Of a DNA stretch of 64,000 nt, positions 26,171-41,552 are shown piece by piece. Each line of letters opens with the position of its first letter. The stretch's first letter is position 1. Source of the DNA: Amoebidium appalachense (Eukaryota > Protista > Ichthyosporea); assembly GCA_963693365.1 (NCBI GenBank), contig CAVNZM010000011.1, forward strand, positions 5,351,921 through 5,415,920. Direction: 5' to 3'. The notes below the pieces were generated by a model. That model made no database searches. It had not been told where the DNA came from and worked only from the letters and a program-made list of their open reading frames with translations. The translations under genes were made by a program, and so were the position numbers.

Positions 26171-27062
26171 TCAGGATGGGCGATACACATGGGTTGGGGT
26201 TGGTTTTGTGTTTGTGTGGAGGGGTTGGGTGGTGTTGCTGGGTTGGGTGGTGTGTATGGATGGGTGTAAAGGGCGGTGGCGCATGCGGTTGCGTCGAGCG
26301 GAAAGGTAGGGGTTGTAACGTGTGTTTCGCGGTGTGGAAGCGTTTGTGGTTGTTTGTTTGTGTGCAGAGTTGGGGTAGGAGGAGGATGGGTTGGGCTCCT
26401 GCACTACATGCACGGTGTTTGCATAGGACACACGCTTTTTCCCGTGAGTGATTGCACCTTGATATTCACATGCACGCCTCAATTTATTTAAATCATAGGG
26501 AGCATCATCAGGTAGCCTTTCTTTAAGAGTATCAGAAAGACCTTCCCACACCTTGTAACTAAAATCCGGGCCACTTGTAGGTTGTTTTGCACGTTGCGCT
26601 AATTTACGTTTTTGCGCAAAATATTCCCTAAATGATTGGTTATTTTCCATGTGAAATTTAGTGTATTTGGTAGTGGCAGCAATTAACATGGCCGGATTAT
26701 TAAATTCATCCCTTAATAAATCTTTTATCCATAATTTCGCGCGCCATCCCGCGGCAATTATTAACCAATAGAACGCACCGATAATAATCATTCATGCCAA
26801 CACGATTAGCATGAGAATTAATATGAGTGAGAAATTTCTCCAAGTGTGTAGAATTCGAATTATTATTGTTTTCGGCAGTGTCGTCCTTAGGGTCACCTGA
26901 AAACTTGCCATGATTAACGGCAAGACTTAGAAGTTGAGTTTTACACATGTTTATTAGTTTGTTGTTGTTCGTTTCCTTTTCCCTTTTCCTTTCTTCCTTT
27001 CTTTCTTTCCTTTCCGTTTCCGTGTGCACAGATATCTTTGATCTGTGTACACATCGAGCCAT
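26171..27062 (-). pseudogene. Gypsy gag (two frames)
   Basis: KFSGDP..LEKFL..A...ND...VLLVNNCRGMA then NQSFREYFAQKRKLAQ, typical retrotransposon capsid-like motifs, located upstream of pol. Confidence 0.7.
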
Positions 27063-28010
27063 TTAGCCCGCGCACACGTAATGTTGTTTGCATCAATGTC
27101 TAAATAAGTTATCAAATCAGATCTCGTTATATTTTCCCAAATATAGTAACCTACATTCCTCCTTCATTCTACTCGATTCCTTTCCCATTCCATTCCTTTC
27201 TATCCTCATTCCTTTTCCTTGTTTTCCCACGACATATAATTGCTCTAAGCTCCCCAACTATTAGGAATACTTATATTTAGACGTCTGATGTTAAGAACAT
27301 GTATAAATATAAATATATGATGTGAACTAATAGATACATAAGTGGTTTCATTTTATTAAGTGTTTCCGTACTTTCATTAGAAGATTACTTTCATTAGAAG
27401 ATTGCGATTTATCTTCTATGTGTCGATATGTTTTCCCGAGAGAGGAGGCAGCGTGGAGTGAATCTGGAGGCAACATGAGGTCGTTTCATTCTTTCTGCAT
27501 TCCAAGACGTGCATTAGATATGGTTTTGATTTGTGATTGGTTTCTTTAGGGAGCTTTATCCGTATATGGTAAGTGAGTTTTGGAGCCAACAATGACGTTG
27601 GTTGCAGACTTGCCAAATTGGTAAATGTACACTCACAGGGGATTGGTTAGAAAAAATGTTAGTTGGTTTTGATTGGTTTTGGTTAGGGATTTCCGATTGG
27701 CTGGTAAGTTAGGTATATAAACGGATCACACGCAGACTTTGACTCAGTTTTGTCTTTTCAAGTTAGTGTGACCGTGGTTAGTGATAGAGGAAAATTCGGC
27801 AGAGAGAGGTGAGGGTTTAGTCGTTTGGTTAAAGTGGGGTTTTGGTGGCTGTCTTGTTAAACAGCACAACCTCCTTTCGATGACTGAATAGCGTCTACTT
27901 CTTTGTGCTGGGTTTTTTCGTTCCCACCCTCCCATCCCTAGATAGGTATAAGGGGGCATCTCCGGCCATTGTGGTTGGTTTTGCTGTTCCCTTGGCTAGG
28001 TATAGTGCAT

Positions 28011-28052
<42 letters not shown>

Positions 28053-28744
28053 ACACACACCACACACACACGATGGTGGCGCTTTAAATTAAAGTTTTAA
28101 GTTTTATGTTTAAAAATTTATTTGTTTTTTTATATTCAGTGTTTACACCCACGAATAAATCTCCTCACTTGCTGTTCACATCATTTTCCATGTGTCAAGC
28201 TTCACGGGCAGCCAGGACGAACCGACAGGAATGGTTTTGCCTACGGCACAGGCATTTCGATCGATTTATTTTACCCTCATAGTTTTCGTCTTTCTGATTG
28301 GATAAAAGAGTTTTCGTTCTTTTGATTGGCTTATCGATTTCACATTCCCGAGTATAAAAGAAACTTCATCTTGAAATAAATATCAAGCAGTTGAAATCAT
28401 TTCATATGGTCTCAGAAATCGTTCCACCTCTCCGGTTGTGTTTCTCCCGTGTGTCTCTGTGTTGTGTATATCATAACACCCATCTGTGCACTCTGCTTCT
28501 CCGTTAAACCCACACAAATTAACACAACACCCCCCCCCCCCTCCCCCCCCCCCCCCCCCCCCCCCCCCCCTCTCTCTCTCCCCCCCCCCTCCCCTTCCGC
28601 TCTCTCTCCCTCTTGCAGGCTCTCTCTCTCTCTCACTCCCTCCTCTCTCCCTCTCTGCGTGTGTGTGTGCGCGCACGTGTGTGTATAGGGGAGGGTGGGA
28701 TGGGGGTACATCTCTCTCCCTCTCCCTCTCCCTCTCCCTCCCTC

Positions 28745-28796
<52 letters not shown>

Positions 28797-29141
28797 GTCT
28801 CTTTCTCTCACCCTCTCCCTCTTCCTCTCCCTCTTCATTCCCGCCCCCACACCCGCCCTCACCCGCATCCCCCTCCCCCCACACTCCTCACCCTCCCACC
28901 TCTCCCTCCCTTCTCTCCCTCCCTCACCTCTCGGTCCCTCCCCCTCCCCCCCCCCTCTCCCTCTCTCCGCTCCCTCTCCCTCTCCGTCTTCATTCGCACT
29001 CCGACCTCACCCTCACCCCCATCCCCCTCCCCCCCCTCCCCCCACCCCCCCCCCCTCCCTCCCTTCTCTCCTCTCTCTTGTGTGTGGGGACGTGTGAATG
29101 TGAGGGAAAGGATTTGAGAATGTGGTGTGATTTGGTGGTGG

Positions 29142-29172
<31 letters not shown>

Positions 29173-30002
29173 CGTGCGTGGAAAACGGGGAAAGGGGGGG
29201 GGAGGGGGGCAGCAACCGTGGTGATTTGTTGGGACCCCTTGGTGCACACCAGCAGCTTCATAATGTTGACCTGCCGCTGGAGGCGGGACATGTTGCTGCG
29301 GGTCGTCTGGAGGGGTTGAACCAGGAGGCCTGGGCCAGAAGCACCCTGTACACTGCACGATCAGAACATAGTGGGGATTGGATGTTGCACCATCCAGCCA
29401 TTCGATACACACCCATGCATGAGAGGAATGAACAGCTTAATTCAGATCTATCCCTAATCCACGCCATTCATGAAGGGCACGAATCGTATCAATTCACTAT
29501 TGCCCATCAAATGGATCCAACAAGAGGGTCAGATTTGGGAGGCAGCGCGAAAAAAAAATGACTGGAGATAGATGGCATACCTGAGCAACCACCATTTGGC
29601 AGGCCAGCAACATCGAGGGGAACATAGTTTCCCTCCACAAAAATCATGTTGTCCGGGAACTTGACTGACTGCGAGCCCGCAAGGAAGTTGCCTGCATCCG
29701 GAGCACTGGATAAGAATGTTGCCATGCGTTTACTCTAGTTTTAAAATTCAGATGTGTGCAAGTGTAAGTGTGTGTGAGCGTGTGAGAGAGACAGTGTGTA
29801 TAATTGTGTGTGATTGTGTGTGTATGTGGGGGGGGGGGGGGGGGGGGGGGGGAGGGTGCGTGTGCATGCGTGGGTGCATGGGTGTGTTTGCGTGTGCGTG
29901 AGCGTTGGCTTGTGAGTGTACCAGTGCGTGTGCATATGTATATCCAGCGAGGGCTGGTGAGATTGACTGTGAGTTCGAATGGGACAGTGTGAGTGTGAGT
30001 GA

Positions 30003-30062
<60 letters not shown>

Positions 30063-30078
30063 GTGTGTGTACGTGTGT

Positions 30079-30132
<54 letters not shown>

Positions 30133-31214
30133 CGTGTGTTTGTGTGTGTGTGTGCCTGTGCCTGTGGGTATGTGTATCAGTGTGAACGGGTGAGAGTGAC
30201 TGTGAATATGACTGAGTGTGAGTGTTAATGTGAGTGCAAGTACGAGTATGAGTATGAGAGTTGTGCGAGTGTGAGTCTGAGTGAGTGAGTGTGTGTGTGG
30301 GTGAGGGAGAGTGTATGTGAGCGTATGAAGTGTGTCTCTGTCTGGGTGTGTGTAATGGTGTGTTTGTGTGAGTGCGCGAGTGTGGCAGCGCTGGAAGAGG
30401 GGGGGGGGGGGGGGGGAGGGGGGGGGGGGGGGGCGGGGAGGGGGGGGGGGGGGCACATACCGAGGGTTGTCAGTTGGTTGCGAATGCCCTGCACCTCGGC
30501 CTGCAGGGCGGCCACCTGAGCGTTTAGCCGCACGAGCGTGGTCGGCCTCCAGCAACTGCTGCTCCATCTGACGGCGCCGCTGTGTCTCCTTGAGGGCCCA
30601 GCCCTGCCACTTGTTTCGGTCCGACAGCGAAAGGTGCGTGGTGTTGCGCAAACTGTGCATCTGGCCACACACATCACGCAGGGCACCGGCAACCTCCACT
30701 GGCAGGGTTGTAGGGACAGAGTCCGCCCCAGTTTCGACGGCATGCACATGGGCGCGAACCACCTCTGCAAACCTCTGGAAATCCTCAGACCTGTGTATTA
30801 ATATGTTAATGAGCTGTTTCAAGTGGTGGTGGTGGTGCAGTGGTCAAGCAATGGGGTACGGGGGGGGGGGGGGGGGGGTATATGGAAACAGGGGGGGGGG
30901 GGGGGGGGGATGGAAACAGGGGGAGGGGGGGGGGGGGGGGTCAATGGAAACAGCAACAAACACAACGTCTTCTGCAATTCTCTGTACCATGCAAGACTTG
31001 CGCTACTTGCGATGTGACCTTGCACAACCTCTTTTTTTTTTTTTTTTTTTTTTTTGGGGGGGGGGGGGGGGGGAGGGGGGGAGGGGGGGGGAGGATGGGG
31101 GGGAACTGAAGAGGAATGAATAGAGAGTGGGAAGACAGAGGGAGGTGTGGCGGTGTGTGTGTGTATGTGTCTGTTGGTGTGGGTGAGTGTGTGCATGTGC
31201 ATGTGCATGTGTGT

Positions 31215-31245
<31 letters not shown>

Positions 31246-31433
31246 GGGGGGGAGGGGGGGGGGGGGGGCAAACCCAGATATGTTCTGGACGTTGGGATGG
31301 GTGAAGATCGGGTGGCCTGGGAAGTGCACCATCAACAACGCCGCATCCTCTAGGAAAACATCGGGCAGATAATCCAGCAGCTCACACAGATCTGAACAAG
31401 GCACCCGTCAGTAAGAGGAGTATGTCAAAACCG

Positions 31434-31610
31434 CATAAGAAACAACCATACAAAAAAGGGGTATGACAATCGAAAACCCCTACCCAAAATAAAGACCTTT
31501 GGCAATTCAAAGTTGGACGCGAGTGTCACATAAGAAACAACCATCAAAAATAAAAGCCGTCAGCAACCCCTACCCAAAACAAAGACCTTTGGCAATTGAA
31601 CGTGAGTGTC
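31434..31610. repeat. Two-copy ~95-bp tandem duplication in a Crypton intron
   Basis: cataagaaacaaccat...cccctacccaaaa.aaagacctttggcaatt...gagtgtc at 31434 and 31529. Confidence 0.85.
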
Positions 31611-32785
31611 GCGTTAAAGGTTTCCCTGTACTATGAAAAGCCAAGTTAAACACAAGTGAGTGTGAGTGCAATTTTTTTTTGTTCTTCTGGCGGAGAGGGA
31701 GGAACACAAGGGGTTACTCACGCAAAGCGGCTTTGTCACTAGAGCTCTTCTCCCCTTCTGGTGCTGACGTATCGGGCAGCAGATACAGAAGGGGAACATG
31801 CTCCAGCTGCTCGTACTCACACAGCACCCCATTCTTGGCCTTCAGGCACGTCCAGGTGAAATCCAACCACGGGAAGACAAGACGTCGCAGCCGCTTCTGT
31901 GGCACAGGTCAGTCACCGAAAGTAAGAAGGGAATATGGAGAAGGCACTCATCCCCTTCTGCCCCCCCCCCCCCTCCCCCCCTTTCTAGCCTCCCCCCCCC
32001 CCCTCCCCCCATTGCAGCCACCCCCCCCCCCCCCCCGCGCACCACCACCACCACCCCTGGCCCCTTGGTAACGTGAAAGAAAAAGAAAATGCTATGAAAA
32101 GAGTAGAGAAAAGAGTAGAGAAAGTTGGGGAGATTGGTGAGTGGGAATAAGGTAATGTGGAGAAAGGGTGGGTGGGGGGGGGGGGGGGGGGGGGAGGGGG
32201 GTAGAAGTGGGGAATGGGTTTCGGTATGATGAAAGTGACGATCGAAGTATGTTTTTAAAGAGAAGAGAGGAAAAAATGGGTTAACAGGGGGGGGGGGGGG
32301 GGGGGGGGGGAGAGGGAGGGGGGAGAGACGGGGGGGGAGAGGGGGGGGGGGGGGGGGGGGAGGACACATACCGTCGTTGTTTTCTGGTGTGATGTCCGCT
32401 CGGGGAATGTGAAAAGGCTCCCCCAGTGGAGAACTATTGGGTGTAAAGCCGGCCCCAGCACGCAACGCGGCACGAGACGAACTGGACAGGTACGACAGCT
32501 CCGCAGCCCCCCGATCCCACAAACATTTTCCTTTAATGTCAGGCCTGGTTAAGAAGGTGTAAGAGGACTGAGAGGAGGCCACCACCGAAGATGCACAAGC
32601 AGGAGAGTGAAAAGCAGCAAGACCTGCCAGAAAATGAGAGCCACAGACATGTCATGTTGAAATACCTAGCCCTACGAGTAAGACGAATATGTGTATGTAG
32701 AGTTGGTAAGGTCAGTGTAATTGGCAGTATGTGTATTGGTGAAGCCCGGGGAAAGACTTATGTGGTGTTTTTTTTTTTTTTTTTT

Positions 32786-32816
<31 letters not shown>

Positions 32817-34103
32817 GGGGGAGGGGGGGGGGGGATATAAAAGCATTTCAGAGTATGAAGTACACATGAATGAAAGACTACACAATGCAGATGGGGGGGG
32901 GGGGGGGGGGGGGGGGGAGACACATGCACACATACCCCGCATCTTGCATGATATCTCGAGATCCTTGGCCACGCGCTTAGTGGACAGGCTGACCAATCGC
33001 CAATCCCATCGTGTTGAACACCTTGTTGTTGCCAAGGAGGGTGTTGGGATCCATTTCCGAGTTGTAGTGGCGACCGTGAAAAAGAAGATAATCGTACCTG
33101 TGCAGGGCACGTGTAAATTACCCAAACACGAGTAGAAGAGGGAAGGCAGACATAGAAAACGAACATCATGCAAGGATCAAGAAAATCATAAGAGAAAGAA
33201 GAAAGAAAGCACGAGTCTGACTGTGCAAGCCTAGGTGGTGTAGCCTAGAGGTCACATAGGCAAAGCCACAAGGACACAAAAGCAGCAAGGGGGGGGTGCA
33301 TAAAAACCACATAGATGCCAAAAAGTATCATTCAGAATATGCCTAAAAGAAAGCTGCAGGGGGTAGACGAGGGGAAGGGAAAGGTGTGTGTGTGTGGGGG
33401 GGGGGGGGGGGGGGGGGGGTTTGAATGCGGAACACGGTACGAAGTACGCATACACGAAGGACACATGCAAAGGCAAACATTCAAGTATGCAACATCAGCC
33501 ATGCGCACAGTATGCGTCATAAGCAGAGCCCATCCTCAGGGAGGGCCCAAGTCATCAATTGCGTCTGAGTTTCGACCCCTTAGCCCGCGTGTACACGACT
33601 CTCCAATTCAGACAGCAGCATCAACTGAACTTGGGAGGGTCAACCCGTCTTGATCAAAGACGAGCAGGGTTGCTTATGCAAGCAAGGTGAGCAAAACGGT
33701 GAATATGTGTGCAAACTAATGCAGTGCAGCGGAAAATGCGTATGTGTTACAGATGCACCACACAGAGCAACCATGCCCGGTTGGGGGGGCGGACCAATAC
33801 TTGCGCCTGGCCATGCTGGGACGAGGCACACCTTGCACGTGCCACATGTAGAAGAGGTGGCACGCTATAGCACCTTGAGCGCACAACAGAACGTTCTTGT
33901 GGCGCAGAAAGTCGTGAATGTCGGGTCTACCAACCTGCATCCCATTGTTAATCAGACAGAAAATGAGCGCAAGAGGGGCAGGCAGGCCGGGCGAGGCAGG
34001 GGGGCAACGCACGCACACAGCGCCTGGCACGCACACACCCACAGACACAGATATATACACGCAGGTGCACACACACCTTCAACAGCAGGAAACACACACA
34101 TAC

Positions 34104-34172
<69 letters not shown>

Positions 34173-34499
34173 AAGCGGACAGACATATCTTACCTTGTTC
34201 ACCTTTCCATGCCGCACGGTTCACTGAAACAGCGTCATGGGTGTTTTGTCGCCGGGCTGAGCACACATGGTGCACATGGAGCAGTCAGACAGGTCACAGG
34301 CCCGCTTGTTCTCCCCCCGTGAGACGGACGCAAGTACCATGAAGTTCATGGCACGATACTTGAGGCCGTCTCGTAGAAGTCTGGCCCTAAGTACAGCCTG
34401 GTGGTAAAGTGTGTGAACAGTCGAGTTGAGGTAATGTAGGATTGCTAACCAACACATACTCTCCGTACATAGTGCAGCTCATAAGGTAGTGTCAACTCT

Positions 34500-36143
<1,644 letters not shown>

Positions 36144-36847
36144 ACATATGTGGTCTCTTAAGCAGGGTTTCCCTATTCTCTCTCCGTTTTTCCCTTTTGG
36201 CGGTGGTGGTGGTGGTTTGGGGATGGGGCGAAGGGGGGGGGGGGGGGGGGGGGGGGGAAGGGATAAAGGATAAAAAGGAAGTTCGGGGAAGAAGGGAGGG
36301 GGGGGGAGGGGGGGGGGGGAGGGATGAAAAGATATAGGAAGACGGGAATGAATGTCAGATGTTATAGAGGAGAAACATAAGTAGTTTTTCATCGCACAAG
36401 CAATCACACACCTGCTCAATTGCTCCTTGTCCTTGTCGTTGACATCCTGCCTGCGGCTGAACCGACCACGATCGTAGTGCTCGCTGCAACCACACTAAGT
36501 AAGCCCCGTTGCAGGCCCACCCTCCCCTCACGCATGCAAGGGCAGGCAGCTTACCTAACCTGTCGCTCGTACTCCCGTCTCTCCAAATTACTCTGGGCGA
36601 CGGCCAATCGAGAGTCCTCACGTGGGTTTGGGTACCTGTGCCGCAGGGCAGGGCACCCAAACGTTTGCTGCACCGGCCACAAGTCCTTCAGCGCCTTAAA
36701 GCACATTTTCATGTTGGCCTATAGTGAGGTTTGTGTTAGTGCATTGCTACGACATGTATGCATACACACACCACATACAAATAAAGAGGAAACAGGGGGG
36801 GGGCGGCAAAGAAGGGCGAGCAGGGGTGGTGTGTGTGTGTGTGTGTT

Positions 36848-36917
<70 letters not shown>

Positions 36918-37544
36918 GGGGGGGGGGGGGGGGGGGGGGGAAGAACCGAGGAGGCCCTGTAGCGGAACAGGGGGTGGCGGTGAAGAAAGGGCAAGGAGGG
37001 GTGGGGTGTGTCGGTGAAGAAAGGGAGCTGCTTAAAGTAGTATTCTCGTATTCGGTTCAGGTTTAGGAATGTTGCTTGAATCTGTGGAGACATTTTCCTA
37101 TTGGTCGTTAGATGGAATTGCATAGCAGTACTTTATCATAGCAGCAGCAAGTTTTGAACATTAGTGAGTGCATATATTTACATATATTTTTGTAAAGAAA
37201 TATCCTAGGCATATGTACGAACTAATAGTGTTGAAACAATTCGTAGTTTATTGTTTCTCAGTCGTGTGTATTAGTTTCAGGTAGCAGGTGTCATTAGCTT
37301 TGATTTGAATAGCGTTCAGTTTATTGTGGTATGCAAGCTCTGAAGTCGGACGATTCTATTGGCTTAGATTGTATCGGAATGGAATTTCTATTTGAGTACA
37401 TTCAATGCCGCGAGTACGAAAGGCAGATTTGCAGCTGAATAAAGTCAGTTGGAAGTATGACGTTAATCGTGCAAGTCAAGTGAATCGAGTCTCTTTTCTC
37501 CACTCCACTCCTTATAGCTTGATCACCTATAAGTCGGTTTGCGT

Positions 37545-37910
37545 ACCACCTAGCATATTGTGTCTTGCGTACTACTTAGCGTTTTGCGTGCTGCGTCCTG
37601 CGATGTACTCCCCTTAAGCGTTGCTCTCTGGCCTAATAGTCTTGCAGCACGGTCAAAGCTCTCAACGTACTTTAGCGTAACACTTAGCGTTCTATAGCGT
37701 TCATATCCCCACAACAAACAACAGGTTATGGGCACCACCTAGCATATTGTGTCTTGCGTACTACTTAGCGTTTTGCGTACTGCGTACTGCAATATACTTA
37801 AGCGTTGCTCCCTGACCTAATAGTCTTGCAGCACGGTCAAAGCTCTCAGCGTACTTAAGCGTAACACTTATTAGCGTTCTATAGCGTTCATTTCCCCACA
37901 ACAAACAACA
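37545..37910. repeat. Two-copy ~189-bp tandem duplication rich in TAGCGT sub-repeats
   Basis: accacctagcatattgtgtcttgcgtactacttagcgttttgcgt... at 37545 and 37734, both ending ccacaacaaacaaca. Confidence 0.9.
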
Positions 37911-38116
37911 CTCTCTTCCCTTCCCCTTCCCCCCCTCTCTCTCCCTCTCCCACTCCTCTCTCTCTCGCCTCCCTCCCTCCCACTCTCTCTCCCTCTTTCT
38001 TTCTCCTCCACCCTCCACCCTCCTCCCTCCTTCTCCCGGCCTTCTCTCTCCCCCTCTCCCCCTCCCCTCTTTCTCTCCTACTCCCTCACCCTCCCCCCTC
38101 CCCCCCCCCCCCCGGA

Positions 38117-38201
<85 letters not shown>

Positions 38202-38365
38202 CTCTCCCCCCCCCCCCCCCCCCCCCCCCCCCCATCTATCTCTCTCTCCCTCTCTCTCCCCGAGTCTTGATCATCTCTCTCCCCCCCCCCCGGGCCCTCT
38301 CTCTCTTGATATGATATAGTATCAGAGTCTCCCTCTGCGAGTCTCTCTCTCTCCTTCCCCCCCCC

Positions 38366-38442
<77 letters not shown>

Positions 38443-38463
38443 CTCTCCCTCTCTCTCTCCCCG

Positions 38464-38494
<31 letters not shown>

Positions 38495-39005
38495 GCGCTC
38501 CCCCCCGCCCCGCCCCGCCCCCCTGTCCCCTCCCCTCTCTATTTCTCCCTCTGTCTTTCTCTCTCTTTCAGTTTTATCGTTTCCCATTTTTTCTCTTTTT
38601 ATCTGATTCAAGGTTGCTCACTGAGTTTTTATTTTTATTTTCTATTTTCTATTTTCTAATTTTTTTTTGGGGGGGGGGGGGAGGAGTGTATGTACTACGT
38701 GCAGGCGTTGCCAGTGCACGTGCACACGTATCGATCATATATTAGTGAAGTATACTGGTTAGTTAGGTCTGTCAGTGAAGGAAAAAAAACACAATGGCAT
38801 CACTAGTAGTAGCTATAAACTTGAGTTTGATGAAGCTTTCTTCAATTAATGCTTAGTTCCAGATTTGAAGTGTCCTTGTTTACCTTATACTTATCGCCGC
38901 TGGAGTCCGAACCGGAGGTGCCACGGTATTACATAATATACGAAAAACGGTTTATTCTGTTTATTCGGGGTGACACAGAGACCCAATGTCAATCAGTCTC
39001 ATTAC

Positions 39006-39057
<52 letters not shown>

Positions 39058-39084
39058 GTTGCTCCCGGCGGCGATAAAGCAAGG

Positions 39085-39329
39085 TCCGTATCTACCATTT
39101 TAGCGTCTGGGCGGCGAGCCACTTTGATGACGTCATTCTGGGCCTCTTTTTCACGCAGCCGTAAAATGGCAGGAAACTTTGATAGCCACGGGGTGAGGGC
39201 AGGCTTTGTCCGATGTCGACATAAGCCAGCCTCGGTATTAACACAAATTGATAACGGATTGGCCAGAGCCATGTGAGAAATGTGGCTCTCGGCTGGCTGC
39301 TGCCCAGACGCTAAAATGGTAGATACGGA
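39085..39329. mobile_element. MITE-like element, 245 bp, with perfect 28-bp terminal inverted repeats
   Basis: tccgtatctaccattttagcgtctgggc (39085-39112) and its exact reverse complement (39302-39329). No coding capacity and no clear TSD. Confidence 0.75.
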
Positions 39330-39812
39330 GGTTGGTTTAACTTCACAAAGCGTGATAACACCGCCGGGATATTATTTCGGAGCTTTTTTCGCTTGGCCCA
39401 ATCATGTGGAGACAAAGCCATGCAAAGATCGTCTGTTAGCCCCTTCAGAGCTCAACCAGCAAAAACAAAACCAAAAATAAACAAACCAAAAAAAAAAACC
39501 AAAAAACAAGATTTACTAAACAGATACTATCCACCTGGGCTTCTAATGACTGCTATTAACTACTGGCAGCACGTAGTACTTACGACGTCAGTACAGTTGG
39601 ACTCCAGCGTGATTCCCTGGGCCATTCGGAATTTAGTGATACTCCGCCGAGATCATGTTCTATCAACAATTACTACGCTACACGGTGTCACTTCATTGAC
39701 AAGCTTGAGATTATCATCATCTAATTAATTACATAAAAGCTCAACTTTGTGAACACTTTGAACTTATCAAACTCTACTTTCAACCAATCCTCAACTAACT
39801 ATTATTCAGTTT

Positions 39813-40731
39813 CTAGTTGGACGGACCGTTATAGGCCTTAACCTTACGGCCGTTAAGTGGGAGGGTGGGGCGGAAGTTAGGGGCCAGAGATTTGCCGTCG
39901 TTACCCTTCAGGCTGCAAAGAAGACGGAGCTGGGAGGCACTCAGACTGAGGGGCTCTTGGAGGACAATCCACGTCACTACCTCACTGCACACAGGTGTGG
40001 TCAGGGAGCCCTGTGTGTGTGTGTGTGTGCGCGCGCGCGCGCGCGTGTGAGTGCGTGTGTGCACGTGCGCGTGTGCGTGCGCGCGTGTGTGTGTGGGTGT
40101 GGGTGTGCGTGTGTGTGCATGTGTGTGTGTGTACGCGGGGTTGTGTGGTGGTTCCGGGTGTGTTAAAAATGGGGAGAAGGAAGGGGACGCTCCGAGGGAG
40201 GGGGTGCGGAGGGAGGGAGGGAGGAGGGAAAGCAAGAAAAAAGAGCATATCATTAGTTGGAGTAAATCAATTTGATATGAACATGAGCAACTATTGAAAC
40301 TTTGCCGTGTTTGGACAACACCCCTTATAAGACAAGCATGCCCCGGGATACGGCTTGGGTCGAGAGCGCAGGGACATAGCCGGAGAAGGGGGGGGGGGGG
40401 GGGGGGGGAAGAAGAGCACGCAAGGAAGATATGAATGTAATCGTGTGTGACAGGGTGTACATGGGAGGGGGGGGTGCGAGGGAGGAGGGACGGGGAGGGG
40501 GGGGGGGGGAGGGGGAGGTTAAGGAGAATGTCAGATAACAGGAAACCAAGAATAAGAGGCAACAGAGTTCAGTTACGATTCGAAGCCACGGTCTACTAGT
40601 AACAAGATTCGTTAGGTACAACAGTGTGCGCATGTCTCAGGGCCAAAACACACAAAACACCACACACATACACACACAAACACGTACGCACGCGCACGCG
40701 CACACACACACACATGTATTTACACTACTCA

Positions 40732-40765
<34 letters not shown>

Positions 40766-40784
40766 ACACGCACCCATGCACACG

Positions 40785-40836
<52 letters not shown>

Positions 40837-40974
40837 CCACCATGACACCACACACACTCGCACACACACACACACAAAAAAAAACACCATGACACCACAC
40901 ACACTCGCACACACACACTAGTAGCAGCACACACACACGGGCAGGCACGTGCACACACATACACACACAGTAAT

Positions 40975-41015
<41 letters not shown>

Positions 41016-41332
41016 ACACGCACACACACCTGGTACGTCCAGTACTTTCTGTTTTTGGGCACCAACGACAGCAGGGGCAGTGGCTTAGACTTGACGACGA
41101 TCAGATCATCAGCAAAGATATCCGCCTCGCCAATGTTCGTATCCTGGCTGCATATTTCATGCTGTGAGCGGCAAAAAACACCCCTTCTGTGCTGAAAAAG
41201 AAGCATTTCGTCTCCCCCTTTTTGTTGTTGTTGCGGTTGGGACATGGATTCTTTGTGCATACTATACTGCTACGTACTATGATGAGAGAGCGTGCCCAGG
41301 GACAGGTAGAGGGGAAAAATAGTGGTGGTGGA

Positions 41333-41382
<50 letters not shown>

Positions 41383-41483
41383 GGGGGGAGGGGGAGGGGG
41401 GTGAGGAAGGAGGGAGAGAGTGCGTGTAGGGATGAGAGAAGGGTGGGGGGGGGAGATGATGGGATTCTCTGAACAGCAGTGAT

Positions 41484-41552
<69 letters not shown>

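Larger units (their letters stand above)
20030..27100 (-). mobile_element. Degenerate Ty3/Gypsy LTR retrotransposon (gag - putative PR - RT - RNase H - integrase - chromodomain-like); boundaries approximate
   Basis: Domain order RT-RH-INT on the - strand with several frameshifts. TGTAACA at 20036-20030 (- strand) is a candidate LTR 3' end. No matching second LTR, PBS or TSD recognised. Confidence 0.9.

Noticed and set aside
29220-29730. Additional Crypton exons between the coiled coil and GCR1_C
   Set aside because: Probably present, but frames and splice sites could not be assigned consistently, so no coordinates are claimed.
32977-34223. In-frame TAA/TGA in the Crypton gene as evidence for an alternative genetic code or selenocysteine
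   Set aside because: Host genes end in TAG/TGA with no internal stops, and the element also has frameshifts, so ordinary decay is more likely.
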